A stretch of DNA of 64,000 bases, from NCBI GenBank assembly GCA_030248215.1, contig JASANG010002509.1, forward strand, positions 248,001 through 312,000. Direction: 5' to 3'. Shown here in pieces: positions 50,364 through 63,873 of this stretch. The translations under genes were made by a program, and so were the position numbers. The stretch's first letter is position 1. Each line of letters opens with the position of its first letter. Origin of the DNA: Enoplolaimus lenunculus. Taxonomy: Eukaryota. Below the pieces are notes generated by a model. The model did no database searches. It was not told the origin of the DNA and saw nothing but the letters and a program-made list of their open reading frames with translations.

Positions 50364-52871
50364 AAATTTGTGATAAGCAACGTATATATATACTAACTGG
50401 TTTCAATATAGCTGGTTTACGTTTGATCAGCCTATGCAGCTTGCACCAATTGAATTTAAGCCGGACAGTAAACTAATTTAAACGTGCAGTTCAAAGTTTG
50501 CTATTTTTATCATTGGTTTTCTTGTTAGCTTCGATTGAAAATGACACAATTTTAAACGTTCATAATGGTCTGTGTTTAACGGCTGTATGCTTTCTTTAAT
50601 CTTACCCCCACAATAACTGACTTTTGCCACCTTGTCACTGCTGTAGATAAACCCGAAATTTTTAGTATGTGAAATTTCTTGAGTTTCCGATTAATAATCT
50701 TGTATCACCATTTCTCGCTGTTCTATTTCGAAGCAAACGACGAATTTCAAGTTTTTACTAGCGAAGCTCGAATACACTTTATTAATTAAGCTAATATGCA
50801 AATTAGTTATTAGCTAACTATTTATTTATCGGTTTTGGAGGCTTGTAAATCATTTTTGTGAAGGTTTGTGGACAGTTTATTCAGATTCTTTGCACCCGAA
50901 AACTCTTTATTGCTGAAATTAGATTGCTTGTAACCATAATAATTAGTGAAATATTGTAAAGTGGCCTAATTTCGGCTTATCAATTATGCTAATATGCAAA
51001 TTAGCTATTTGCTAACTATTCAATTATAAGTTTTAAAGGTTTGTAGATTATTTGTTCTGAATTCGCGGACCCGAAAACCTTTTCGCGAAACTCCGAGCTT
51101 GGCTCAGAATTTCGCTTCGCTCAATAAATTTTTAACAATTTCTCGCTTTTGATTTTCATTCAACAGTTTCAACCAAGACTTCGAAAAAAATTGGCAGGTG
51201 TAGTCCATATATGTTCCACAAAATTATACACCGGTATTTCATAAGTTTTAAAGCGTTTAGGTTGTTTAACTCAAAGTTACGCTGTAGAAATCAATGCTTG
51301 CAAGTAGCAATCAACAAATTGCAAAATATTTATCAAACTGCACAATTGAGTAGGAACGAATCCTTACTGGTTCTATGGGTATATAACTCACAATCCCGTG
51401 GGTAAAAACGGTACAAATATGACAAGTCTATATTCAATATTTGGGATCATTTTTATTCAATCTGTATAGTAGGTCTCAGCCGGTGGACCCCGTATATCTC
51501 AACCTGTTAACCCCACGTAAACGTCCACTTGGGGCCCTCGAGTCAGCCTACACAAGTTTTGAAAATATATTTCCTGAGCAAAATTTTAAAATACAGGCAT
51601 TTTGAGTTTACACAATGTTTGACAAGTTGATTGTAGATATTTCAAACTGCTCTTTGTGGTCGAGTTGGTGATGTAAAGTGGAATTGTTTTTAAGTTGTTT
51701 ACTAAAATTAGACAAATATTACAATTTTCACATAATTCTGGTGCAGTCCCGCAGTCAGCTCACCTTGCTAGGGGGCTAAACATTTTTCAGAAGGGGGCAT
51801 TTAAAGGTTTACAATGACTTACAAGCAAGGTTGGAAATCTTCTAGGGGGGAATTTTCCCAGGGGAAGCTGGGCCCCCATCCTGCCCTCCTAGGGTACGGG
51901 CACGTTCTGCTGTCGTGGTATGTGTGACAAAATCAAATGTCAACGAAATGTTATAGCTTAGTGAAAATTAGCTAACACAATTACGGCAAAAAACAAACAC
52001 CGATAGAGGTATTCAAATATAGAAATTTGAAAACCAAATAATGCCCCGGTACGCTAACATTGTGGATTCAGTGCCTCCGGAAGCGACCCCCAAACGGGAG
52101 GGTCCCGACCCTTGGGGTGACCGATCTTGGTCAACTAAAAATTTTGCCGCGGACCACGAAGTTATAGTTTTGTGGATGCTGCCTCGGACCTGTTTGGGGA
52201 GTGGCTATCCTAACGCCGACACAGTGTGGAATTCGAGATTAGGTTAACTCAACGTTATACGAAATCAATTTTGTGGTTTCAACGATTTGTTGTTACAAGT
52301 TACCAGAGTTTGCTGGCCTCGAAAACCGTTGCCAATAAATACAGCGTACGAGTGCTGCAAACAGACGTTGAGTAAATGTTGTCAGATGTTTTTGAATTTT
52401 CAAACCATTTCTGACGGATGTGCTTCGTCCGTGCGGTGTTCAAACGGACGCCGTTTATGCTAATTATCGAGTAATCCAGCAGTACTCAACGGGCCCGTAG
52501 CTAAGAAGCGGCCGGGGGGGGGACTCAGTCCCCTCTGGTAAAATTTTGCCATCCTTAAAAATTTTCAACCTTGCTTGCAAGTCACTGAAAACCTTTGTAT
52601 GCCCCATCTGAAAAATTGTTAGCCCCCCATACACTGCCCAAATTGGTGAGTCAAATTGACTCTCTCCGAAACAGGCTTTTCCTGACTACACAAACTGGGC
52701 AGAGTCGAAACTTGACTCAGTTTGTGTAGTCAGGAAAGGTCTGCTTCGAAGAGAGTCAATTTGACTCATCATTTTTTCCAGTGTAGCATTGTGAGCTGGC
52801 TACTGACCTGGTACTTGATTGTGTGTTGCAAACCAGGGTTCGACAGTTTACTACTATTATTCTAATTTCAG

Positions 52872-53102
52872 GCGGACTCACAAGTACTTCGCTCATTCAC
52901 ATCTCTGTTATCGATATAAATGATAATGTGCCCGTATTTTATCCGTTATCGTATAACGTCAGCCTCCGCATAGATACAACTCCAGGCCAACCGGTACTCA
53001 TTGTATCCGCTGAAGATGCTGACAACGACCGCATCGGACAATTGAGCTATCGACTGATATCCGGTAACGAATGGGGTCTGTTTCGACTCGACAGTGAAAC
53101 CG
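52872..53102 (+). CDS. ds: Dachsous-like cadherin, coding exon 4 (end of EC6, EC7)
   Basis: Acceptor TTTCAG|GC, phase 1 matches exon 3, giving DGGGLTSTSLIHISVIDINDNVPVFYPLSYNVSLR..AEDAD..ISGNEWGLFRLDSET; donor G|GTAAGT at 53102/53103. Confidence 0.92.
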
Positions 53103-55021
53103 GTAAGTTATTCAGGTTCCGGTTATTTTATTTACGGTTAGGCTTAAGAATAGGATTGCTGATGTCGTAACTTTTCGCTTAAGCTTTTGCCTCGGTTTAC
53201 GTGAGCGTACGCCAAAGCCCTTGAGCCTAAAGGCGAAACCGTAAATGTGATTGAAAGGGAATGCGAAAGCCAAATTCGCGTTCAAAGGTTACTGAGTAAA
53301 AATTTGTTGATGTTATCTGGGCGTCTAAATCTGTACTTAAAATATAATTTAAGCTTAACAATGTGACACATAATTACTTAGCCAATCATACACAAATGCT
53401 ACAAGTACCTGAGCACTGGAATTGTGCCAAACTAACATGTTGTATATAACATAATAACCGCCGGCTAATTTAGATCGCGAACGCCTTTTTGACATCTGTA
53501 TATTAAAGCTGGAACGCTTCACGTACGTATTTTGGTCAAATTTCCAGCATTACTCTGTTTTCAAAGATTTTTTAGGAAATACACGTGATTGTTTTTTGAT
53601 TCCATGAACAGAAAATTTGCACGAACATTTTTGTGCTTTCACTAACTTTGCGCATTGAGCAAAGCTGGCAGACTAGTAATAGTTAAAATTAACCCCGTGT
53701 ATCTTGGTTTTTGTCTAATGAAGTAACCAATCAAAAAACGCACAGCACTGTCAGACAGAATTCAGCTTTGGAATAGCTCAAGTCGTAATTCCGCTTTGGA
53801 CTCGCCCAAGTGGTAATCATGCTGAATTACGGCTTGGGCAACGACTTATATGCAAGAGCGCAATACTTGCCGCTATGGCACTCCATCACCATTAACAATT
53901 CGAAAATTTATTACTGAAACTGATATTTTTTCATTTTCAACTTCAAACAATGAACTTTTTTAAGCTTTGAAGTACTCAAAAAAGCTTTTGAAGCAATTTT
54001 TGTCAGTTTTAGATTAAAACGCTGACTTAAGTTTTTTGCAATCTCTACAATCTGATCCTACGCTGGATTGTTTGGCATAAAAGGATGCATATTGAAGTCC
54101 ACAGGTTTAGAAAATTGCGATATTCTACGGACGCTAGATAAAATGCAAAATGTCCCGCACGCACTGAAACGGAAAACAACTAAAAGCTATAGAATACCGC
54201 AGCCTAAAAATTAATGATTGGCCCAAAGTCTATTCATTTCAAAAAAATCCTAAATACAGCAGTGCTACCGGATCCAGAGGAGGGGCGGGGGGGCGTACGG
54301 CCCCAGGTCAGAAATTTTTTTGTGTCAAAATGGTAACGTCCCTATGTTACAATTTTCCCCTCAGAAAATTTTTCGTACAAAAATGTATCCGCCCAGAATG
54401 TTTTGTGATACAATAGTAAGGTCGCCTACCTTGTAATTTTTTCACCCGCAGAAAAATTTTTGGGTCATAAAATGATAATTGTTTCTACCTTACAATTTTT
54501 GCGTTTCATAACATTTGCCAGCCCGCCCCCCCCCCGTCAGACATTTTTGGATCCGCCTCTGAGCAGCACAACGCGATAATATTTTGTTTTCGTCGACCAA
54601 CAGTTCATTTAACTCAACGACAACGACTCAGCCGCGTATTTTAGTATACAAAAACATAGAGACCAGGCTTAGAGATAATGCAATACGCACCGGACTCGCA
54701 AAATATTTAGTTTCTCGTTTGATACCAGGCTGTTTGTTTGTCTTGTGATTCAAACAAACAAATATTGATATTTTCAATTTTGAAACCCTTCAAACTATAA
54801 CTTTAGTGTTCGAGCGTTCGCCAATTCCTTAAGGACACATTAACCGGTGTGTAGAAGCTAAACTGGACCAAGAATTGGAACCCGATTTTGGCGTCGTTGT
54901 TGGCTGCTACGTTTGGTTTAATATTCAATTGTAGTCACTTGTGTTGTATGGGCGTTGAAATTTTCATCAGGACTGCAATAGAGTAAGCTTAGCTTTTATA
55001 GATTAACCTTTTGATTCGGGT

Positions 55022-55335
55022 GGCCCATGTAAAGAACAGGGGCGGAACAGTATTATAAGCATATCCCTAAGCTCAAGCCCAAGCCTAAGCGTAAGAATTA
55101 GCGTATTCCTAAGCCTAAAGTCTAAGCGTAAGAATGAGCAATTTCTAAGCCTAAGCTTAAGCGTAGGAATGATCATATTTGTAAGCCTAAGCCTAAGCCT
55201 ACGCGTAAGAATTAGTTCATTCTTAAGCCTAAATCTAAGCCTGTGCATAAGCCAAGCAAAAAATAGTCTAAAGTTTAAGCTTACTCTATTATAGACCCAC
55301 AGAAAAACGTTCCGCCCTTGATGTTTACATGGGCC
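55022..55335. mobile_element. Telomeric-repeat MITE, subfamily A, with four internal units
   Basis: GGCCCATGTAAAGAAC ... TTTACATGGGCC; flanks ATTCGGGT / CTTTGGGT. Confidence 0.82.
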
Positions 55336-56130
55336 CTTTGGGTTAGCACGGCTGTAGCCAGGATTAAAGTTCCCGAAGGTATAACGTTATGTATAGAAAT
55401 TTTTTCGAATTCTAGAATCCAGAAGATAAGTATCTTTTGAAAGTGATTTTACTAATCTCCAAAAATTTCGAGATTATTTCTCTTCCAGTTTTACCGTAAC
55501 CTTTACGCTAAGGCTTAGATTTTTCAGCCAGTCACCAAGCGTCTCATCACTGCAAAAAAATGGTGAGTCAAATTGCCTCTCTTCGAAATAGGCTCTTCGG
55601 CGCTCTACACAAACTGAGTCAAATTGGACTCCGTCAGAAATAAAATCGACTATCACTGAGTCGCACGTTTGACTCTGGCGGAGTCGAATTTAACTCAGTT
55701 TGTGTAGTCCCGTAGAGCCTATATTGGAGAAACTCAATTTGACCCACCATTTTTTTCAGTGTTTGTAAATAACCAGAAATTGCATACAACTTGTTTGTTA
55801 GCTCAACGAGCAGTTCACAAACATATACTAATATTAATAGCAATCAAAAGTAAACAAAAACAAATGAGTCGCCTAATCCAAGGGTACTCAGATTGCCAGC
55901 AACCGTTTGTTTACTGTAAGCCCTTCAAGGTTACGGGTGGATCATAATTACGCTCTAAGAGGTCGATGTTTCAAGGCCCGTGCTTCCAACGGACCAATGA
56001 CGAGTGTTTAAAATTGTAAATTTTGAACGATGGGATATATTTTTGAACCATTTTTTTACAGTAACCGACTTTGCTGGCCCAAAAGACAAATTGGCATCTC
56101 AGGAACCTTTTTGGTGCCGCCTTTGATTAA

Positions 56131-56173
56131 GTTTGTTTGTTTGTTTGTTTGTTTGTTTGTTTGTTTGTTTGTT
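56131..56173. repeat. (GTTT)n microsatellite
   Basis: About 10 units. Confidence 0.95.
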
Positions 56174-56358
56174 GAATGAGTCTTATAGACTTTATATTCT
56201 TATGTTTTAATAGTATTTGTCTGGTGGCAGATTTGTTGTGTGGTTTTTGGAAACCGATATTAGCAGCCGGTTGATGTACATTTTTGTCGCACAGTTTTCC
56301 ATATTTGCGGATTTTGGTGTAATTTAGGCCCAGGCTTTAGTTTCCGGTTATATATACA

Positions 56359-56610
56359 CACTGTAAATTCGAGTGAGTTGATTTTAACTCAAAATGAGTT
56401 GAATCACTCAGTCTGATTTAGGACTATCAGAACTCACAATTCTGAGTTGATTCAACTCATTCTGATTTAATTAATCAACTTCCACGGAGACAACTCAAGT
56501 CACTGTGAGAATCAACTCAACTCAGAGTGAGCTAAAGTTTACTGTTATTAATGCAGAATTAACTAACTTGCCGTCTGAGTTGATTAATTAACTCATTCGA
56601 ATTAACAGTG
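56359..56610. mobile_element. CACTG-ended MITE with GAGTTGA subrepeats (relatives near 26010 and 61585-61790)
   Basis: CACTGTAAATTCGAGTGAGTTGAT ... ACTCATTCGAATTAACAGTG; directly abuts a CACTGCAAAA-family copy. Confidence 0.7.
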
Positions 56611-57264
56611 CAGTGCACAAAAAGGTGAGTCAAATTGACTCTCTCCGAAATACGCTGTATGGGTCTACACAAGCTGAGTTAAATTCGACTCCCCCAGAGT
56701 TTAATTAGACTCACTTAGGCATGCGTCTGACTCTGGCGGAGTCGAATTTGACTCAGTTTATGTAGTCCTATAGCACCAATTTCGGAGGGAGTCAATTTGA
56801 CTCCCCATTTTTTTGCAGTGTATACTTCAGGTAGTAGAAGAGTGTACAACTGTCCAGCAACGCCAACAGTAATTAAGAGTGCTTTCAAATCATGCTTGCT
56901 GCCAAGTGTTTAGTACTTACGGATCTAAACCATTTGCATGGTCGAGAAATGTCGTAAGCCTTTAGCCTAAGCAGCATAAGGCCTTCAAATGGCTGAGTCC
57001 ACGTGATTTCGAGCCCAAGTCGTAACTCAGCCCAATTTTGAAATTGGTTTGTCCAAGGCGAAATTACGACATAGGCTAGGCCAAGGCGGAATCATGACAG
57101 ATATATCTGTCAGTTTCCTAATTGGTTAGTTGATAGTTGTAATCCTGCTTGATTCCCCGTTGCTTAGTAAAACAAACTGTTAGGTAGCCAATAAGTGGCG
57201 ACTATTTTGCCAATCAGAAAAAAATATTCGCATCAACCAATCGTGTTTAAGTATGACATTAAGG

Positions 57265-57656
57265 CAGTGGCGGATCCATGGGAGGGCCACCCAGGCCGTG
57301 GCCCCCCCCCAACAGCATCTTGACAAAAATTACATAGTGTCAATTGCTGTTCTATGCTGTTTATTTCTCTGTTTTATACACAATAGTATAAGCACGCCTG
57401 AAAGTTTCGAACTCACCTTTATTTGGCCTTGGAGTTATTTATGCGCTACAATTAGGGATAATAGACATTTATGGACTCTAACAAGGGTTCAAGGACACTA
57501 CCCGCTTACGGACTCTTATTAGGGATACGGAGTCCTATTAATTGGGACTCAAAATGGGGACCCCCTCTTATTTGGGTCATTACAGCATGGGTCAAAAAAA
57601 GTTCATTACCTGTGAAATTTTGCCCCCCCCATTCTGAGATCCTGGATCAGCCACTG
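57265..57656. mobile_element. hAT-like MITE, CAGTGGCGGATCC family, with about 240 bp of extra internal sequence
   Basis: Exact TSD CATTAAGG; sits inside a TGTCGT/ACGACA-ended element (about 56950-57815). Confidence 0.85.
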
Positions 57657-60600
57657 CATTAAGGTAGTGACCAATAACAAGGTGTACACTTGTCGCATAG
57701 CAAGAATTACGCCGTAGACTATCCCAAGTCGTAATTACGTCCTTGACTAGCCCAACTCGGAATTGTGCTAGCCAAATCCGAAATTGGGCTAAATTACGAC
57801 TTGGGCTACGACATAATTGCGAATGGCACATATTTAAACTGGTTTCACATTATCGATCTTATAATTTCGTTCTGTCTATTAGACAAGTTATTTACCGGCG
57901 GTATACGGAAATAACAGATACAAAATCAATTAATTTTCCCACGAAAATATTCGTTTCTTCGTTTGTAATTATAGCGTTTATTTTGTTGAGTGTGAACTGT
58001 ACTACTGCGGTTTACATTACAATATTTGTATTCAAAAAATTGCAAAATTTGCCGTTGCAGAGCTTGCAAAATTTTTTATCCACTCAGACTTTTACGTTCC
58101 ACAACCCAACTTTAAAAAGTATACTCGGGTCGTTTTCGCCCGGCTCCTGGAAAATTGTCAACCTTGTGTGCTTGTCGAGTCATCGAAAACCCTTGTTTGC
58201 CTTTCGTGAAAATTTTTTAGCCCTCCAACTAACATGGTGAACAGGCTACAGGCCTGACTCTAATCTGTCTTCACCGTTAATGTCACAAGGTAAAGATTTG
58301 GTTGGTAACATTTTAATAAATAAAATCAATTATAAAGAAATATTATTTAAAATGTATTACCGCAGTATAATCAAAAACCTTTTAAATAACTTTTACTGCG
58401 TTCAGCGCTCATAATATTCCAGTTATAAATAGAGTTTCAACTAAACTCTTAAAGGTTTATATTTGGTGTTCGGAACCCGGAATTAGCGTTCTATATTTTG
58501 CCAGAAATGTATTAAAAACTATGTTTGTGATGTTGTTGTTGTTTACAGGTATTATTGTTGCGAAAAGAGTTAATTATTATCAAGACACTACCACAAAAGT
58601 AGTGTTTTCAGTGAAGAATAAGTTGTTTTTGAAAAAAAACTGATGATATAAATGATTGTTTTCTATTTTCCATTGTGTTTTGCATGTAAACAGAAATGAC
58701 ATTTTAGAACGTATTTGAGACGGACTTTATATTTTGGAAAATTTGCCAAAAAAAGTTATCGATTTTTAGAGCAAAAGTACTCTGCTCCTTGCACCCAGTA
58801 TTTATGCTCTACACTGCAAAAAATGGTGAGTCAAATTAACTCTATCTGTAATAGGCTCTACGGCACAAACTGAGTCAAATACGACTCCGCCAGGAACCTA
58901 TTTCACATAGAATCAGTTTGACTCACCCTTTTTTGCAGTGTAGTTTCCTGGGGCAGATGTAGAAATTTCGAACTGTCGCCGCCCCTGCAATATTTTATAC
59001 TGGCAAAACTTCGCGTGAGAATCGAACAAAGCACATCACGCAATTTTGTTGCTTCGTACAAATGTTTGGTTATACGTCCTACCGGTGGTGGTATCCAAGG
59101 TTTGTTGGGTTCGGCCTGTTGTCAAGGGGGGGGCAGTTGGACACAGCCCCCCCTCCCGCAGAAAAATTTTGGCCTCCATTACAAAATTTTCAACCGTGCT
59201 TGTAACTCATTGAAAACCCTTGAATACCCTTCCTAAATTTTTAGCCCCCCCTAGCAAGGTAACCTGGCTACGGGTCTGTGTTGGTGGAGCGTGGCCCAGG
59301 TGCCAGCCTGGATTCGTCTTGTCCGATGGATCACTTCAGTAACCACGAGCATATAAGAGGGGGACGAATCGAGAGAACCTCAATAAATTCTGATGATTGG
59401 TCAAGAAAAACGCACGTTTAATAGGCTTTAGCATAACCTTATGAATCGTACAGGTCGAAAATTTTATTTCCCATAAGGTTGCACCTTCTTGAAACGAGAA
59501 TGACTACGGTTTGTTTCGTAAACAGAACTAAAATATTGATTGAAACTTTTTCTTGGTTCAAAAAAATGGTAATTAGCTAAAATTAGTATATATGTCGTAG
59601 CCCAAGTGTGTAATTTAGACCAATTCTGAATCGTGCAAGTCTAAGTCGTAATTTCGCTTTGTACTGGCCCAATTCAGAATTGGGCTGCATTACGAGACTT
59701 GGGCTACGACATATATTACGTTGCGGGTGCCATTTGGTCACTAATACGCAGCAATGCTTCTACATACGGACGCAGGACACACACACGTGAAACTTACTTG
59801 CTATCAAGCATGTATATTTGCGAACAGTGGCCTAATATCTAAATTGGCTTCAGAGTCGGTTCGTCAAAGGTACAATATATTTGAAATTTACACCCAGCGG
59901 CGGTTAGTTAATTCAATTTTAAAATGTGTGATCAACTAATGGTGAACTATTGTCCAATGTTTATCTACCCAAAAGTTCAAATGAACATTTGATTGGGTAG
60001 TGGGGAATTATAAGCTCGAGTTGCGCTGAGCGTTAGCAGGTCCGGAGCAGTCATCTCTCATACTCCCATTCGGGGTGAGGTACCCCAAAGAGGGGACCCC
60101 AACCAGAATTTAAACGGAAAAAATTTCAGAAATATTTTTATCATCGCATGGCAAGGAATTTTGGGGGCCACTCGAGTCTGCTCATGCACTGGGCGTTAGC
60201 ATTACACCTAAACGCAGTTTAACTAGTAAACTTATTTAACGTTTAGCTTGTTTCGATTGAACAGTTCGTTTGTTTGAAAACCAAATTACTGACCATAGGC
60301 GAGTTTTTGTTCCACCACGAATGCATCGGACGGCCGCTTATATGTTGGCGGAACTGTTCTCTGGAGTAGTGACACGCGCAGAGACTGCAGATTGCATGTT
60401 AAATGCTTGTTGATTGTAAAACCAAAACGTTTCCAATATTTTGAATTCGGAAAATTTGCAATAAATATTAAAATTAAAGTTATTCGCTAAAAGAACGACC
60501 CAACTGTGTTCGCTCGTGCTATATTAACGTCAGTCACAAAGGCATAACCGTAGACGTTTGTGATAAACCCTGCTTTTTGTATTTTTGTCATTTCAGGAAT

Positions 60601-61854
60601 TTTTTCAACCGGTAATACAAGAACCCTTTTTAAAGTTTTACTTTACCAGTCCGTGCCTTTTTTTAGAAATCCTTGTTACTGTCTTGGACAGCCATAAACG
60701 GTTTTAATAGTTTTTCCTTTAAAACTATATATACCTAAACATTAGCTCATACAGTGCGATTATTCATATTTTACAAGTGCTATTGTGATTTGTGATTTAG
60801 CAATTCTGTTCGACTGACCCTCAAGGTTTTTATAGTATTCATGCGGCGGGCGTTTAAAAGTTTTTTGCTGATTGTTCAAAGAAAAGTTTATTTTTGGTTT
60901 GTAGTTTTCTAGTCGTTTTTGACCATATGTACGCTCTGATGCAGTATGTATGTCATGCATCAAACACCGATTGGCCCAGTCGACAACTGGGACGTCCCAA
61001 ACGACAATTACTGTTCAGGACAGCACAAACAACTACTGGAATGTAGACTAATTTTGATTGGTTGTTCTGGTTTGATTATATTCGAGAAAACTGGCTTGCC
61101 ACAGTAATTATTTGGTTTCACCATAAATGCAAACTATAAATTAAACAAAGTCTATATGGGGTTGTCGTTTGGATCGTCCCAGCCGCCAATTGGAGCAAAT
61201 AGCTGTTCGGGGCACGACATATATATTTATTTAATCTATATATTAAAGCTGGAATGACCCACACATGTATTTTGGGCAACTTTCCAGCATTATTTTGTTT
61301 ACAGTATTTCTTAGAACAGAAAAATGATTGTTCTGTGAAGAGAAAATTTGCATACAGATTGCTGGTTATTCGCTAACCTTTGCGCTTGCGCAAAACCAAC
61401 TCACCAGGATATTATTGTGCAAAAACATTAAAAAAATTTTATAGTTAAGTGTTGAGTTCAATTTATCTCAGTTTTATTTTCTTAGGCAGCGTTAATTAAC
61501 AATGAAAATAATGTAATATATTTGAATGAATACTTTTTCTTGATTGTAACATATACTGATGGCTTATCAGGACTCCAACGAACACTAAGTGGGTTCATTG
61601 TTTTACAGAACTCAGCATTTTGAGTTGATTCAATTCATTCTGAGTTAATTAATCAACTCACCCAGAGTCAACTCGTCTCAGAGTGATACTCAACTCAACT
61701 CAGAGTAAGTTAATGTTTACTGATATTAATTCAAGAAATAACCCAACTCGCTAGATGAATTGATTAGTCAACTCATTAAAATTTACAGTGTTTTCCGTTT
61801 GAAATGCATAGACAGTTAGTCCAGCTTGTTCAGCAAATACTTCAATATTGTAGA

Positions 61855-62029
61855 CAATGGCGGATCCATGGGGGGGCACCCCGGCCGTGCCCCCCCCCAA
61901 ACAGCATCTCGACAAAAATTATATAGCAATTTTATGGCAATAGTTCGTAGTTTGTGTGTGGTTGAAAAAATTAGTTTATTACCTGTGAAATTTTGCCCCC
62001 CCCATTTTGAAATCCTGGATCCGCCACTG
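61855..62029. mobile_element. hAT-like MITE, CAGTGGCGGATCC family
   Basis: Exact TSD ATTGTAGA; close reverse complement of 23613-23786. Confidence 0.88.
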
Positions 62030-63282
62030 ATTGTAGAGAGTTAAAATTGCGAAGTAGGCTCAAAATGAACTTGTGTATATACTCACTGACCGGCATATTT
62101 TTCAGCTATATAACCTACTGCGGAAGCATTTGCATGGCAAAATTTGCACAACAACGCCAGCTGATAGCGCCTTCGCGAAGCTGTCACCCCACTCTTGTCA
62201 GAACGTCCAATACTAAACCTGTGAAATTCATAGTTCGAACGGTTACTTTATAAAAAAACAATATCGCATCGAATTTCAACTCGTTTTGCCCGAGACAAGA
62301 CAGAACTTCAAGACTGAAATGAAACTTTTAAACTTTGAACCTGTATTTAAGTAATTTCTGTTTCCCATTAGGAAGCAATGTATTGTTTTGTTCAAATATT
62401 AACTTTACTACGCTGTTAATGATATGCTAACTTCATTTGATTGTTATGTGTTGATAAGTGTGAAAAACTATACTCGAAGGTAAATAAAATGCCAGATTTG
62501 TAACATTCGAGAACAATACTCGGTTGATAGCAGTATGCGACTGAACAGCAATTTCATAATTTTAAAGTATCGAAATAATTACCGAGTTTGCAAAATCTAT
62601 TGCGTTGCCCGTATTCTCAAATGTGTGTTGCAACTATCACCAGTTTTGTGATTGGTCTTGCAATTTGTCCAATCACAGACTGACAACCTTTAAAATACAG
62701 CTCATGTTCAAAATTTCGATTTACATTTACTTCTATGGAAATAGTGTTACGGTATGATCAACGAGTAAACAAGTTGTGACCCTGACAATATTGAGGTAAT
62801 AATTGTAAGCTTTCGCAAGTTTGAAAACCAATCATTGATTGGTGATAGGTGATATATGCATTTGATACTGTTATATATGTCGTATTTCAAATAGTAATTA
62901 GCCAAATTCCGAATTGGGCTAGTCTAATTCCGAATTGGGAATGTCCAGGGCAATCATTACGACTTGCGCTAGCCCCGGCGTAATTATTTCTATGCGACAA
63001 GTGCACGCCTTGTGATTGGTTACTACCTTAATGCCACACTCAAATACGATTGGCTGTTGCGAATACTTTTTCTGATTGGCTAAGTAATATATACGTACAA
63101 GGTAATTCTGTTCGTGCGAACAATTATACCTCAATGTATTAGTTTTGATACGTTTAAAAAATTCACGCATTCGCCACCGAATCAGGAACGTCTCTATTCC
63201 CCGATGAAATTTAAAATTGAAATAAATCAAAATATTTGGCTAAGTTCGCTTTAAAAACTGTACAATTTCGTGATTGTTTCAG

Positions 63283-63510
63283 GCGAATTGTATCTCGATG
63301 CAAGTCTTCGACGCGGCGGAGCGACTGCATATTTTCTAAAAATTCACGCGTTCGACGCTGACGGCAACCAAAGCGCATCCGCAGCGATGGTCACCATCTC
63401 AGTGCTCAGCGATTCGTATCCGTCTCCGGTTTTTGAGAAATCGCGGTATTCGTTTGATGTTCGCGAAGATACGCTGCCCGGTATTGCGATTGGACGAGTC
63501 AAAGCAACCG
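63283..63510 (+). CDS. ds: Dachsous-like cadherin, coding exon 5 (end of EC7, start of EC8); gene continues beyond the window
   Basis: Acceptor TTTCAG|GC, phase 1, gives DSETGELYL..AFDADG..PVFEKSRYSFDVREDTLPGIAIGRVKAT; probable donor G|GTAATG at 63510/63511. A candidate next acceptor TCTTTGCAG ends at 63999. Confidence 0.88.
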
Positions 63511-63679
63511 GTAATGCTGAAAAAAACACTGTTCGCTGAAAGCATAAATTGCACAACAGCGTCTTCAAATAGGGGGGGGCTACAACGACATGGTCCCCTT
63601 CTATAATTTTGACAGCTTTATTTCTGTGGATTAATAAATTGCAAGCTGAGACAAATTGAGGCGTAAAACAATAGCATAA

Positions 63680-63873
63680 GGGTTGCGCTATACTTTATTG
63701 AGCTGGACACTGGCCCGCGCCGCCGCAAGGCGCGGTGCACCGCACGCCCTACGGCTTGGGGTAATTTTTAATAAAAAATTTTGCAGCGTCGCTCGTCGAC
63801 GCCCGGCGGCGCGCTGTGGCGTGCGACAGCCTGCAGCGGTGCGCGGTGTCGTGCGGCCATTATGGCGTAACCT
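63680..63873. mobile_element. GC-rich MITE with TAA TSD (PIF/Harbinger-like); relatives at 674-763, about 1211-1345, about 13863-14142
   Basis: TAA|GGGTTGCGCTATA ... TATGGCGTAACCT|TAA. Confidence 0.7.

Noticed and set aside
57743..58240. 165-aa ORF with a hydrophobic stretch
   Set aside because: Begins and ends in repeat elements, has no ATG start and no recognisable domain.
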